A DNA stretch of 64,000 nucleotides from the human T2T-CHM13v2.0 reference genome, Homo sapiens, in NCBI RefSeq assembly GCF_009914755.1, contig NC_060930.1; one strand, given 5' to 3'. Below the pieces are notes generated by a model. That model saw only the letters and a list, made by a program, of their open reading frames with translations. It was not told the DNA's origin and made no database searches. The position numbers and the translations under genes are program-made. Below, in pieces: positions 27,592 to 40,360 of the stretch. Position 1 is the first letter of the stretch. Each line of letters begins with the position of its first letter.

Positions 27592-27669
27592 TGTGATGGT
27601 TAATACTGAGTGTCAACTTTATTGGATTAAAGGATGCAAAGTATTGTTCCTGGGTATGTCTGCGAGGGT
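27592..27669 (+). mobile_element. MLT2A-like LTR 5' fragment
   Basis: tgtgatggttaatactgagtgtcaactt..ttggattaaaggatgcaaagtattgttcctgggt matches the MLT2A start. Confidence 0.85.
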
Positions 27670-28163
27670 GGATTATAATATATTATAGATTTTTCCTTAC
27701 TGCAAGAATTCCCTGGTCCTTCAATGCATAGTGTGACTAGTAAATCTCCAAAAGAAAAAATATATAAGATACATAACCTTTCCTCGAATTACTTGATTAC
27801 AATACCCTCTATTTTTGCTGCATATTGTTTTTATTACTTGAAACTCACTTACATGAAGTGTGTATGAATAAGAATAACCAAAGAGCACATGTGGAACAGA
27901 GCAGCAGCACAGGTTTCGAAGCTAGCAATCAAGGCAACTAGCAAAACGCAGAATATCTGGAAGATTAGATATCCTACACAAGCTCAGCCTAAGGAGAGGG
28001 TCCATGGCTTTGGCAATGATAGCATTCAGTTAGTGATGTACAGCAGAGGTGCATGAAGCAGGTTGAAGAAAGTATGATTAATAAAACTACTTTCTACTTC
28101 ATATTTTAGGCATTTTTTATAGTCCCTCCTGAGCAGGAGCCAATTGCAGTGGTGGAGGCATAA

Positions 28164-28546
<383 letters not shown>

Positions 28547-28839
28547 CCAAACATTCTTATAAAAAAGACTTTGTGGTGGATTTTTCGAGGAAGAACAGCA
28601 TAGGCCTTTTAAAGGGCTTATACCTGGCAGAGACTAAGTATATGGGGGAATTGAATTAGATTAATATTCTTTCTAAGTCAATCTTGATAACAGGACTCCT
28701 GAGCTCTTCCTTCACTATTTTATCATCTGCACCACTCCCTTTAATAGTTCCAAAAAATGCAATATGGCTAACAGGATAATATCTGAAAGCGAAGGATCTT
28801 GACTTTCCTTGCATAATTTTTTTTGCCTGCTGACTCTTA

Positions 28840-29283
28840 ATTTTTATTTATTTTTAATTTATACACATAACGGGTACAAGTATAGTTGTATTACATGAAT
28901 ATATCGTGTAGGAGTGAAGTCTGAGCTTTTAGTCTAACCATCACCCAAATAATATACATTGTACCCATTAAGTAATTTCTCATCTCTTCCCCCTCAAACC
29001 TTCCCATCCTTCCAAGTCTCCAATTTCTATTATTCCACACTTGATGTCCATGTATATATATCATTTAGCTCCCAGTTACAAGTGAGAACGTGGTATTTCA
29101 CCTTCTGTTTCTGAGTTTTTTCACTGGAGATAATGGCCTCCAGTCCCATCCATGTTGCTGCAAAAAACATGTTTTCATTTTTTTAAATGACTGAATAGTA
29201 TTCTGTTGTATGTATGTTCCACTTTCTTAATCCAATCACCCATGATAGACATTTAGGTTAATTCCATATCTTTGTTATTGTGG
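28840..29283 (-). mobile_element. L1MA/L1PB 3' end fragment
   Basis: ccatcacccaaataatatacattgtaccc ... tttagctcccagttacaagtgagaac ... catccatgttgctgcaaaa. Confidence 0.85.
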
Positions 29284-31670
29284 AGAACTTATTATAGAAG
29301 TATGTTTTTAGACCTCAGATTTAGAGAGTCTCACCCAGTAGATCTGCGGTGAAATCCAGGGCTCTCCATTCTTGTTGAGCTGCCTAGATGATCTGAAGTT
29401 AAAAGGCCCAGGTACCACACTGACAAGACTCTCCTAAAACCTTTGCAGTTGCAAAAATATTACTCTTCTAGCTGAGACACATCAAGCGGGACACCGATGT
29501 TATTTATTTAAATCAAGGCAATCCACATATAATGAGATTCCAGTCAGGTCAAGTATTTAGCAGCATTTCTGAGAAAGAAAATTATCTTTAATTTGGAGAA
29601 TAAGATTAAGTTAATTCAAGTCTTATGGGGGTTGAGTGCTGTTTTGACTAGAGGGAGGCAATGTCTAAAAGCATGAGGTAAGATTGTCTTCCCACATGAG
29701 CTGAAAAACAAGAACAAGAACAACAATCAATCAAAGACAGTTTTATTTAAGTCTTGGCCTCCAGTCAATGTTGTTGTCATTGACACTCTAGGCTGATATG
29801 GTTCACACTTATTCAGTTGTTTCCAAAATATTTCCTTCTGTCATTGCCAGTGTTGTGGCAACGTCAAAGTGTTTCTTTCTGGGTCATGGTCTCTTCACCT
29901 TGAAACTCCTTAAACTTCATTCTTCCACTGAAACTAAAATTATGTGTTAATTTAATTTTATTCACCTCCAAGAAGCACAGTTATAGTTTATGAATGCATG
30001 AGATTTGATATAATATTCATTAATATAATTCTATTTTATTTTTTATTATATATAAATAAAAAGCTAATATGTAATTTGTGACATTTTCATAACTTGATTA
30101 ATATTGTTATATTACTATTGTCAGGAACATTTCAATGAGCTGAACAGCCTTACGAATGACCAACACTCAATAGGAGATTCCTTGTAGCATATATTTACTT
30201 CACAATTAGTAGTCAGTTGCTATGTAAATAAAACTATTTTTGCATTAGTGAAAACATATTTGTTAGCTACTTCGAAATATTAACAACAAAGCTGGCACTC
30301 TTTAAAAGGCTGCTTTTTTCTAAAAAAAAAAAAGCTTTTTCTGTGTTCACATTTGTCATGTAGCATATATCGTCTTTCATTCATTCTTTTTTCAGGATAT
30401 AAATAACTTTCTCCAGATGTCAACCTTTATGGAGAGGAAAAGAGGCATCAGCAATTTCAGGCAACCACAAAAGCTCTGATGTATTTTGAAGGAGTTTGTG
30501 TGCTTTCAAGAGTTTTAGCAGGAAACTCCTGCAGATGATGAAGGTTGAAATCTAGAAATGTTTGTTGTTGTCTATATAAAGTATGGAATTATAAACATTT
30601 ACTTTGTGACTGATGAGACTTAAAGGATGGATGAATTTTAAAGGTGTTCATTTATTGCTTTTAAATAACTTGTAAAAATAATTTTCTTTCTTCTGAGATT
30701 TGATCTAAGCACCCGCTAATATACATGATAGTAGCTGTCTTAGATGACACAAGAAAATGAAATGTCTATTCATTCATTTTTGGTTTGGCCAATCTCATAC
30801 CACAAGACATATTTTATACCCTTTTCCAGCAACAGAAGTATGTTTTTATTGTATAATTTAAAGCCATTTTCTTTGTAAAATTTTAAACCAGTTGGAAATT
30901 TGTTGAAATTGAATAATTTCTGGACCAGAGAAAGCACTATGAATGGGGACTACATATAAATAATTTAAAAGTGAATAAGAGAAAAAGCCAAGAATTCATT
31001 TGCATTTTTGAATAAAGCCAAACTTTCATTTAATTATACAGTAGTAGGCTTTAAAACATATATTTTTAGTCAAGTCTGTAAAACTGCCAGATGCTAAAGT
31101 AACATAGATAAGCCAATTAGGAATTGTTTCATTAATATAATCAGAGATTTTATAAAAGATACAAAGCTTTCAAGGTTTGGATCTGAGACAAAGTTTCCAG
31201 AGCCTCTATGTAGCCTGGTAAAAATGCACAATGATTCAAATGCAAGCTTAAGGTAAGCTAAAGTCTTTCATTCTTATTTTTAATAGCAAACCCAGAGCTC
31301 GACCTTCCATTATTCAATATTGCTGTTACTGCTATAGTGGGAAGAAAAGAGGGCAAAAATTTGTGTTAGAACACTTACAGGGAAATATTTTTTACACTCC
31401 GAGTGATTATATTTTAAGATGTCTATCTACTCTATTCCCACCTTCTTGTATTATTCAAGTTCAGCAATACAGTAAAACATCTACATACAAACTTATGCTA
31501 CACTTCAGTTCACATGATGAATACACATATAGAACCTCTATAATGAAAAGCAATCTAGATTTTATTTCATTTATAAATACCCAGTGTGGGCTGCTTTCAT
31601 AGTCCTTCCTTATTTTTTTTTTTTTGAGGTTTCATTTTTTGCATGCCCACGATATTTTTTTTTTTTAATC

Positions 31671-32017
31671 TGGCAAGGATGTAGGAGTGTCTCTCAGGGC
31701 ACGAGAAGAGAGCCACTTCAAGTCTGCCAGCACTCTACCCAACAGACCTATCCATCATTAAGGAGATCCCAGAAAGTAGGAGCTATGGAACTGCCTCAGG
31801 CAGAGCTAATGTGAGATAGAGGAAGAAATCACATCCAGCCAGATGTCTTTTGCCAAGGGACTGCCCAGTGGGAAGGACCCACAGAGCCTCTTAGGAACTT
31901 GCATGTGTCCCACACCAGCTACACAGAGGGGATCAGGTCCCAGGTAGTGGTAGCCAAAAAATCATTAACCACCCACAGAAAGAACTATAACAGCAATGAG
32001 GTAAGTGGAGAGGGCTC
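31671..32017 (+). repeat. Left arm (segments C+A) of non-Alu inverted homology
   Basis: 31671-31794 is the reverse complement of 33951-34072; 31829-32017 is the reverse complement of 33646-33834. Confidence 0.9.
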
Positions 32018-32685
32018 ATCAGTTCAGTTTTACTTTTCATTCTTTCACTAATGCTTATCTTCACATGAAAACATTCAGTTTTTTAAAGAGTTTATACTAG
32101 GGGACTAGAGCAGATAGAAATCTAAGTTTCAATTCCAGTTAGCTGGCATGTCTTTTTATAGTATGTTTTCACTTTGGCATGGACCAAAAGCTTTAGCAGT
32201 TATCCATAGGAATTACAATGGAAATTCCAGGCAGATTTTAGTTAGGTTAAAAAAAAAAAGTTGAAAATGTTGTTCTAGGCCAAGGACTTGTAAAATGTGG
32301 ATGGTTGCCTCTTGTAGTTTTTAGTTTGCTTTTGAAGTGCTTTTGAAATAGTTACAAGAACCATTCCTCTTTGAAACGGGTACGATATAGGTCACATTTT
32401 CCTGTACAACTGGCCTTACTGGATCCTAGTATAACTTAACAAGATATAGGAGTTTTTCTTAAGCCATGATAATCCAGTAAACCACAGAATGAAGTAATAG
32501 TTTACTTAAAATCTAATCAAGAGAGAAAACTTCAATATATGTTATAAGGTTCCTCATGATAATAACACCATGTCTTCCTATGTACTCCTTCCTTCTACCT
32601 GCCCTCTCCCACCTGTCGTACCAACACATATCACTTATATTCATTTTGTTGGACAACAGTGAATGCAGACCCAAAGGTTGAAAAA

Positions 32686-32791
32686 TGAGTATCCCAGAAT
32701 ACTGCTTCAGTTCTAGTGAAGACATTGGGACAGCATCCACCAGAAATATTAAAAAAGAGTTTGGGTGGTCATCTTTCAGAAAGGTTGAAGG
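32686..32791 (+). repeat. Displaced segment B of the inverted homology
   Basis: Reverse complement of 33840-33945, including a 39-bp perfect match; both ORF-track peptides contain PSTFLKDDHPNSF. Confidence 0.9.
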
Positions 32792-33645
32792 GAAGATTCT
32801 CAGCCTGAATGAGGAGTTCACTATGTATTCTTTAATATCCACCAACTAGAAAATTGTGTGGTTACAAACCCACAATAGAGAAAACAAGGTGGTTTGTTCA
32901 AAAATATCAGAGCTAATATTTTTAGAGTAACTGATCTGGATCAATGATCTAAACTATTTTCACACGTAAGATACTATTTATTGTAAAATTAAAACATGCA
33001 AATGAAAAAAAGGAAAAACTGTTACTGGCATGCAAGAGAAGACAGCTACCTTTCCCACACTCCTTAATACAAGACCCATGCTAGTGAAAGGAAATTATTT
33101 AAAATAGACAATATGATTTCTTTTCTTCTTTCTTCTAGAAAATGTTAACCCACTGGGCCCGTTTAAATTAATATACTGTCCAAATAGAATTTCTGTTATT
33201 CCTGATGATGAAATGATATCATTGATATCTAAAATTTACTTGTTTTCTAATGTTTAAAATCAATGAGTTAAACATTTGTAAAGGCAGTTTAATTTACCTG
33301 TATAAATTTAGTACATGGTGGGATATAAAACTCTAACTGGCCTCATTCTTCTCCAGTCAATGTTTTAACCCTTGCTGTATTGAGTATTCCCTTTTCTTCG
33401 TTTAATAATATCCTGAACAGATTCTATAACTTTACAGTCACTTTAATTCCTAAAAGCCATCCAGTTTAATATCTCACTTCTATTTTATCCTGTGCCATCC
33501 CTGAATTGCAGGCCTGAGGGAAGTGGGGCGTGATTTCATGAAGTGATACAGATGTTGGGGATTTAATCTTCATCTAAATAGTCCTCTTTCTTTCTCTTCA
33601 AGACTTGGGTCCTCTCTGTTGTGGAAAAGCAAGAGGTGAGGGCAG

Positions 33646-34072
33646 GAGCCCTCTCCACTTATGTCATAGCTTTTTTAGTTCTTTCTGTTGTTGGTCAATG
33701 ATTTTTTGGCTTCTACTACCTGGGAGCTGATTCCCTCTATGTATCTGGTGTGGGGCACATACAAGTTCTTAAGTGGCTCTGTGGGGCCTTCCTATTGGAC
33801 AGTCCCTTGACAAAAGACAACTGGCTGGATGTGAAACTTCCTTCAACCTTTCTGAAAGATGACCACCCAAACTCTTTTCAAATATTTCCAGTGAATTTTG
33901 TCCCAGTGGCTTCACCGGAACTGAAGCAGTACTCTGGACTACCCACGTTAGCAGCTCCACAACCCCTAGTTTCTGGGATCTCCTTAATGGTGGATAGCTT
34001 TTGGTAGAGTTCTAGCTGACTTGAGTTGGCTTTCTTTCACTTTCCCTGAGAGACACTCTTATATTCTTGCCA
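33646..34072 (-). repeat. Right arm (A'-B'-C') of the inverted homology, possibly part of an ancient LTR extending to ~34400
   Basis: Hand alignment to 31671-32017 and 32686-32791; minus-strand TATA-like gatataaaag near 34331-34340 followed by a purine-rich tract. Confidence 0.85.
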
Positions 34073-35889
34073 TGGCAATTGGTGAGAGGGCAAGCTTCTT
34101 TATTGTGGCCTCTGTTGCTTCAGTATGACATCTCTTTCCAATTTCTTTGCTCAGTTATGTAGTGGGAGAATCAGTAAGTTTGTTGCCAAAGCAGATCTCC
34201 AAATGAGAAGCGAAATGCCTGTCTCCTCTTCTGAGCGAATCCTTCAATGTGATAATTTTTCTTTCTTTTTTCAGAAGCCTTCTCACTAGGCTGATTCTGA
34301 AAACTCTCTCTCTTCCTTCCTAGCTCTCTCCTTTTATATCCTGGGGATGGGGGAAGAGTAGGGTGATGGTTCAAGCCCTGCAGGAGGATCATTATACTCA
34401 GACTTTGTGAGTCTTTGTCCTCAGTCTGTAAGCTGCCACCAATTTCTTAGAAACAGGAAATGCCCTATTCACTACCCTCTGACACATTGATATTATAATC
34501 AATGCTAGAAATCATCAATGCAAGAAAAATGTAGAGAAAACAATCCATCAAATTTTTAGCTAACTTTTCACAACGAAATAGCAAATATTCTACATGGAAT
34601 GTATACATTTGAAAACATTTAGTGGACTGCATGATCTATAGTACAACCATGATGTTATAAATACCAGTATGCATTTGAGGACAAGTATTAAGTTGAATAT
34701 AATAACTCAAATATAAATATTCTTACCTTTTGATATTCTTTTTGTGTCATTATGCAAAATAATAACTATGGTTTTATCAGTTCCACATTTTCACTTTTTT
34801 CTCTTAATGTGTAACTAACATTTTTTATTTGCATACACATCAGAAAGAGTCCTGGACTTGACATCAGAAAATCCACATTCAAATCTAGGCTCTTTTCAGT
34901 GACTGCACTAATAGGTGACTTTGGACAATTCCTTTATATTCTCTGAGGTTTATTTAGTAGCCCTATCTATAACGCTTTGGTAGATTAAACGATCTCTCAT
35001 ATTATACCTAATACTAATACTAATCCTAAATTTTAAGAAAATGCTATTGGGTCAATAATTTAGTGTGTTTGATCAATGTTCGTCACGTGCCACCTAATTT
35101 CACTATGCCCCCAATAGCCTATTACTTCACTATGATTGGTGTCTATAACTTTCATGCAGCTCTGTTAAAGGAGACCTTTACATGTTTTTGAGTTAATTAT
35201 TTTGACTACTGGAATCTAATTATTTACAGGAACAATGATAAACATATCTTACAGCTAAACACCAGAGCCATGAAAATGGCTTTAAACATTTTTATAAATA
35301 CTAGTTAACATGAAACTGAGATGCTTTGATTTCTGTTACAATATTTATCTCTTTAAAATTAAGGTTGACATTGATGTTTCACTTTCATAGTTATCATTTG
35401 AGAAGTCCTTAAAATATGATACATTTATTTAAAATCTTTAGTTTCTTCATCTATTAACTGGATGACTTAAAAATCATTAAACCTTTAAGCATGTATATGT
35501 TAACAAAGCATAAACATGTCTGTAAGTTGGCAATAATTTGAGAGAAATCTTCCCCTTTAGTATGATTCTTTCATTAATAGCTCAAGTTTAGTTTATTATG
35601 TATATAGATGAACAGAAAAGAGGTCAATATATTAAGCATTCAAGATGAGCTATATGTTCAATAAAAGTCATGGTGTCCATAAATTTTTTTCTTCATTAAA
35701 GAATGATTTTTTTTGCCATACCACATTTGAAATCTTGTATTTCTCAAAAGAACTTGGGTGTTTCATTTGTATTGCTAAACATTTTTATGGTTATTTAACC
35801 TGGATTATTCAGTTATAGCATTTATTTGCCATAGAGCAATAATTTATCTAAAAAACGTGTCATTACAGTTTATCTTTTATTTTTTTCAG

Positions 35890-35910
35890 ATGGCATGCTT
35901 GTGATTGAAG
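35890..35910 (+). other. Candidate 21-nt microexon (phase 1-1, (D)GMLVIE)
   Basis: tttatcttttatttttttcag|ATGGCATGCTTGTGATTGAAG|gtatct; length a multiple of 3; only one open frame. Confidence 0.4.
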
Positions 35911-36819
35911 GTATCTGCATTTTTTGTAAAGCTTCTCTTTTGGGATAGCTTTCTTTTTGGAAATTTCCATGCCAAAAATATTGCATTTTCAAAGATGTCC
36001 TTTCCTTTATGCCTTATTTTTTGTTTGAATTTGTTTTCCCTGTAGAGATATAATACCGTTTGGGAAAAGGTGCTACAAATTACCTTTTGTTCTGGTATTT
36101 TTCAAAATATCCAGAGTTATTTATTTTGACCTCAGTATTTAATGTGGAGTCCTAAGAGACACATCATAGATTTCCCATACTGAATATATGCATTTAAAAT
36201 AAATATATTCAAAACATATTTACAGAAATACAAATGTACTGTGTGGTTGTCTTTTTTCTTTAAAATCAGGAAAGCCTCCCCTCCCATGGCTTGAAAGATA
36301 TTACATACAGCCTACATACTATTCAAAATTCATGAAGTTTGTGAAGACCAAAGATTATTTTTAAGTGTGTGAATAAACAATTTCCATTTCAGGTTCTTTT
36401 TGAGTAGGCACAATACATAATTACAATTAGCTGATATGCAGCCATTCCTTCTTGTGATTTAAAATCATTATGCAGTTTGTTACACTGTCCGCTTTCAAAG
36501 TTCTTTGATTGCTAATTTTAAAGACTGATACTCATTTCAGAATAAGAAATGGTATATATTCAGAATTTGGAAAGCAACAAATTGTATTTATTTTCAATTT
36601 TTTTGATTTAATAGAAACTTCAGAATAATATGAAGAGGAAAGGAAAAGAGGTTTGAAAACTAAGGTCGAGACTATTTCTATATGTTCATGTCTTGTGTCT
36701 ACTTGGCCCATTTGAAGGAAATTCTCTCATTTCTGTATGATTTCTTATGTTGTAAGAAATAATATATATATTATTACACCTCTAATAGAGGTTCAGGCAG
36801 AAAAACAATGAATCCTAGG

Positions 36820-36919
36820 TTTTCCTTCCTTCCTTCCTTCCTTCCTTCCTTCCTTCCTTCCTTCTTTCCTTCCTTCTTTCCTTTCTTCCTTCCCTCCCTC
36901 GCTCCTTCCTTCCTTCCTT
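36820..36919. repeat. (TTCC)n microsatellite
   Basis: Directly visible. Confidence 0.95.
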
Positions 36920-39900
36920 GTTTATTTTTTAAAGCTCCTTGTTTTCAATTTAGAATATGGTACACTACTTTAAAAATGTGGATTAAATGATTTATTTTAG
37001 CTTTGAGGTAGTATTTACTCATTGCTTCTTTTAAGAATTTTAGTAATTTTTAGATTTTTAGAACAAATGGTACCCGAGTTTTTCTTATATGTTTCCCTAT
37101 TTACCACATGGATTTTGTAAACAATTAGAGTGTCATTCTTTATTATTGAACAATATAAATAATAGTCATGTAAAAAATTCTGTTGGACTTAATTTACCAA
37201 GCTAGTCTTATATGCTTTCTTTGGTTTGACACTGTGTATTAGGAAACACATATTTTTTCCAACAACTAAAAATAAATTTTAAATTGAACTAACTATTCCA
37301 ATGACTAATTCTTATATATTATTTTTCCCACTTCTGAGATAGCTTGTACTTTTTGTTCCAGGACCAAATAATAACTGAATCAGTTGGTTTTGCTGCCAGT
37401 TATGGGACTGTTTTTGCCCATATTTTCAACGTACTGGGTGCCCTTAGGTTTGTAACACATTTTATTTATCTGCTCTGTCATAAAGTAAAACACATTCATA
37501 GCTTTGAGGAATAGATGTGGTGATCGATCACTAAATAGAAGGCACAAAAAATGAACAGCAGATGTTGCTTTTTTGTATTTTGTGCTATTTTACACATTGC
37601 AAATTAAACTCATGTAAAATTTTGTGGGAATATTGGACAGTGCATACTCTCACTGTTATATGATTTTTAAAAAACCTGCTGCCTAGTTTTTTCTAACTCA
37701 TCAGCCACATGTCTCATTACCTAGTTCTTTTTAAGCCTCCTCTCCCATACACTGACCTACCAATGAATCCCATATTAATGCTCTCAGAGGAGGTGGTTGT
37801 AAACTGATTTGGAGTGAAGAGACAGAAAAGCAGTAGCAAAACTCTCTTCTGTTAGGTCAATGTCTTCACCCACCCCAAAGAACTTTGATAATTTAGTGCT
37901 AAATCAGGTGTTACTATTATTCTATCATTTAAAATAATTGAACTGACTGAGTAAATTATAATAAAATATTATTGAGATGTATATATTTAAAATTTCTTTA
38001 CAGTTAGAAATGTCATATTCATTTGGAACTGAAGATTAAAACAGCCAGGGCATTATTTCTTAAACTGCACAGAGTATTTAATTGTAGCTTCTTTGAGGAG
38101 GATCAAGATGGCCAAAATATAGGGAAAAGCTTTAACACATATTTCTTACTTAGTATTGTGTTGTTCATTTTAATTATAATAAATGTTCTGAATATTTATC
38201 TGACCAATTAAAATATTTGACTTATGAGAAGTTCAGGCTTGAATATTATACTTTGCATTTTTGCTTTAGCTTTTTCTAGTAATATACAATAAAGGCACTA
38301 TTCCTGTAAAATCTTATTTCTATGATAATCATAATCCAAGGCCCTTATCCTTTATTTAGTATTCATACTAAGCTTATCACTGTTATATCTAAGTCAGTGA
38401 AATGAGATTCCACAGGAGAAAAATGGGAGAGTGGCAGGCTTTTTTTTGTTTTTTACTTTGTTAGCTACGCAAGTCATAGCGTACAAATTAGATATTAGAT
38501 ATCTTTTAAAAGTAATGTAATTAATTTGATTACATACCATAGTTCCTTTTTAAAAGAAGCTCACATAATAATACTGTTAATCACAATATCTAGAATTATA
38601 CACTTGTAGTAAAATTTAAAATGTAAATCTTTACATCAGTGATTTTTTTTCACTCATGCAACTGACAGATTTTTCTTCTTCCCATAGTCCCATCCAACCA
38701 AACACTTGAGTGCTTCATTACATGGATCATTTGTGCTTCTGAGATAACCAGAAGGTGTAACTCTTGTGTTGATCAATTATAGGAGACTTCCCTTGAGGCC
38801 TTAGAAAGAGTTCTTGAAAGAAATTCTTATCTGCTTTCCCTGACTCTCTCTGATGACTAATAACATATTTAAAGGCTAATATGTGTTAGAAACTGACACA
38901 CGTTTAGAGAAGGTGTATTGTGCCCTAGAGATCTGACACTTTTCTTCACTGACTGAATTCTATCATCCTCTTGTGTCTAGTAAATTTAAAAAAGTCAACT
39001 TGGTGAGCAAGCACATCACTGAATTTATTTTTGACATTGCAAATATTGTATTTGTCAGAGTCCACCGAAATGATGGATAAAAATATATATTAACATTGTA
39101 CATGAAATGTATTGGAGAGGATGTAGTTTAAAAGGAATTAGGCTAATAAAAAGTTGTTTAGTACACTCTAATTTTCAGCCAGTTTAAAAGTTGGATCAAA
39201 TTTAAGAAATGTATCAATTATAAAGAGCTATTTTTTCACTTTAATGTCTTTCTCTTTATTGAAAACTTGTTTCTGTTTTTTTGTGTGTGTCTGTTTTGTT
39301 TCTGTATCTGCTAGACTTCAGTGTTGCACTTTTTGAAGAGCTCAGTGTAAACTGCAACTCTTTTTTCATAATCAAAAGGAAGAAAAATAAGTTATTCAAT
39401 AATCTTATGTTTATATATAGTACTATTGGGTAGCATACGAAATGTCTTAATGACATAAAGTTTATACAGCCTCAGAATTTAAATCTAAAAAAGGCGATAT
39501 TTGTGTGGCTGAGTGGAATGTAAGAAGATATATCACTGATACCTACTAAAACATACAAAAATTTTATAGGTTGTACAGCTCAACAGTAGAAGAGTAGTTG
39601 AATATTAGAGGAGCATTATAAAGGATAAATACTTTTAGATGCTAGGTAAATATATACAAAAGAGCCAAGGTAATACCCCATTTGATATGCTTAATCTGGG
39701 AAAATTTTGTGGAAGGACAAAATGGATATGAGTATGTCAAAAACTGAAACATTTCAAATTTTGTTTTGTTTTAGTGAGGCATTGACAAATTTTAATTAAG
39801 AATGTTGTCCCATCTTTTTCTTTTATTTATCAAATGCACAACTAATCTCAGGAATACCATATGATGAATTTAGTATATAACTGTAAATGGATTCAGCTAC

Positions 39901-40189
39901 TGTGTGTTCTCTAGTACAATCAGATTGAACTATTTGGAGAACAAGCAGTTATCTATGTGGCTGTATTGTCTTCACATATCTTCCCTATGAAATGTTTCAC
40001 TACTAGAGAAATATTTCTTTCTCCACCAATCTATTATTTTTACTTTTATTTTTATTCATTTTTGGAGGAAAAGATGTGAAAAATGCACATATTCTCAAGA
40101 TAAGAAGCCAGCTCTTTAAGGAGAGTTCATTGGTGGGAACTTTTCAAACGGACAGCTAGCTGAGAACAAGTTGATAGACAGTGTATTGG

Positions 40190-40360
40190 AGTAATTAAAG
40201 CAAAAGGCTTTGGAGTTTATGAGCATCATAAGTGTATGATTTTAGGTTTTTTTCCCATTTATAAAATGTGAATAATTATAGTACCTACTGTATAGGATTG
40301 TTGGGAAAAACTCATTAAAAAGCTTGGCACGTAGAAAGATTTCACTGAATTTTACCTATA
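40190..40360 (+). mobile_element. MIR fragment
   Basis: tttcccatttataaaatgtgaataattatagtacctactgtataggattgttg ... cttggcacgtag. Confidence 0.65.

Noticed and set aside
30370-30480. Strong acceptor ttcattctttttttcag at 30396 with a short open frame
   Set aside because: No convincing donor before the stop codon; such acceptors are common in T-rich introns
32513-34007. Two ORFs sharing PSTFLKDDHPNSF, suggesting paralogous genes
   Set aside because: Fully explained by the nucleotide-level inverted homology (segment B); no evidence of coding
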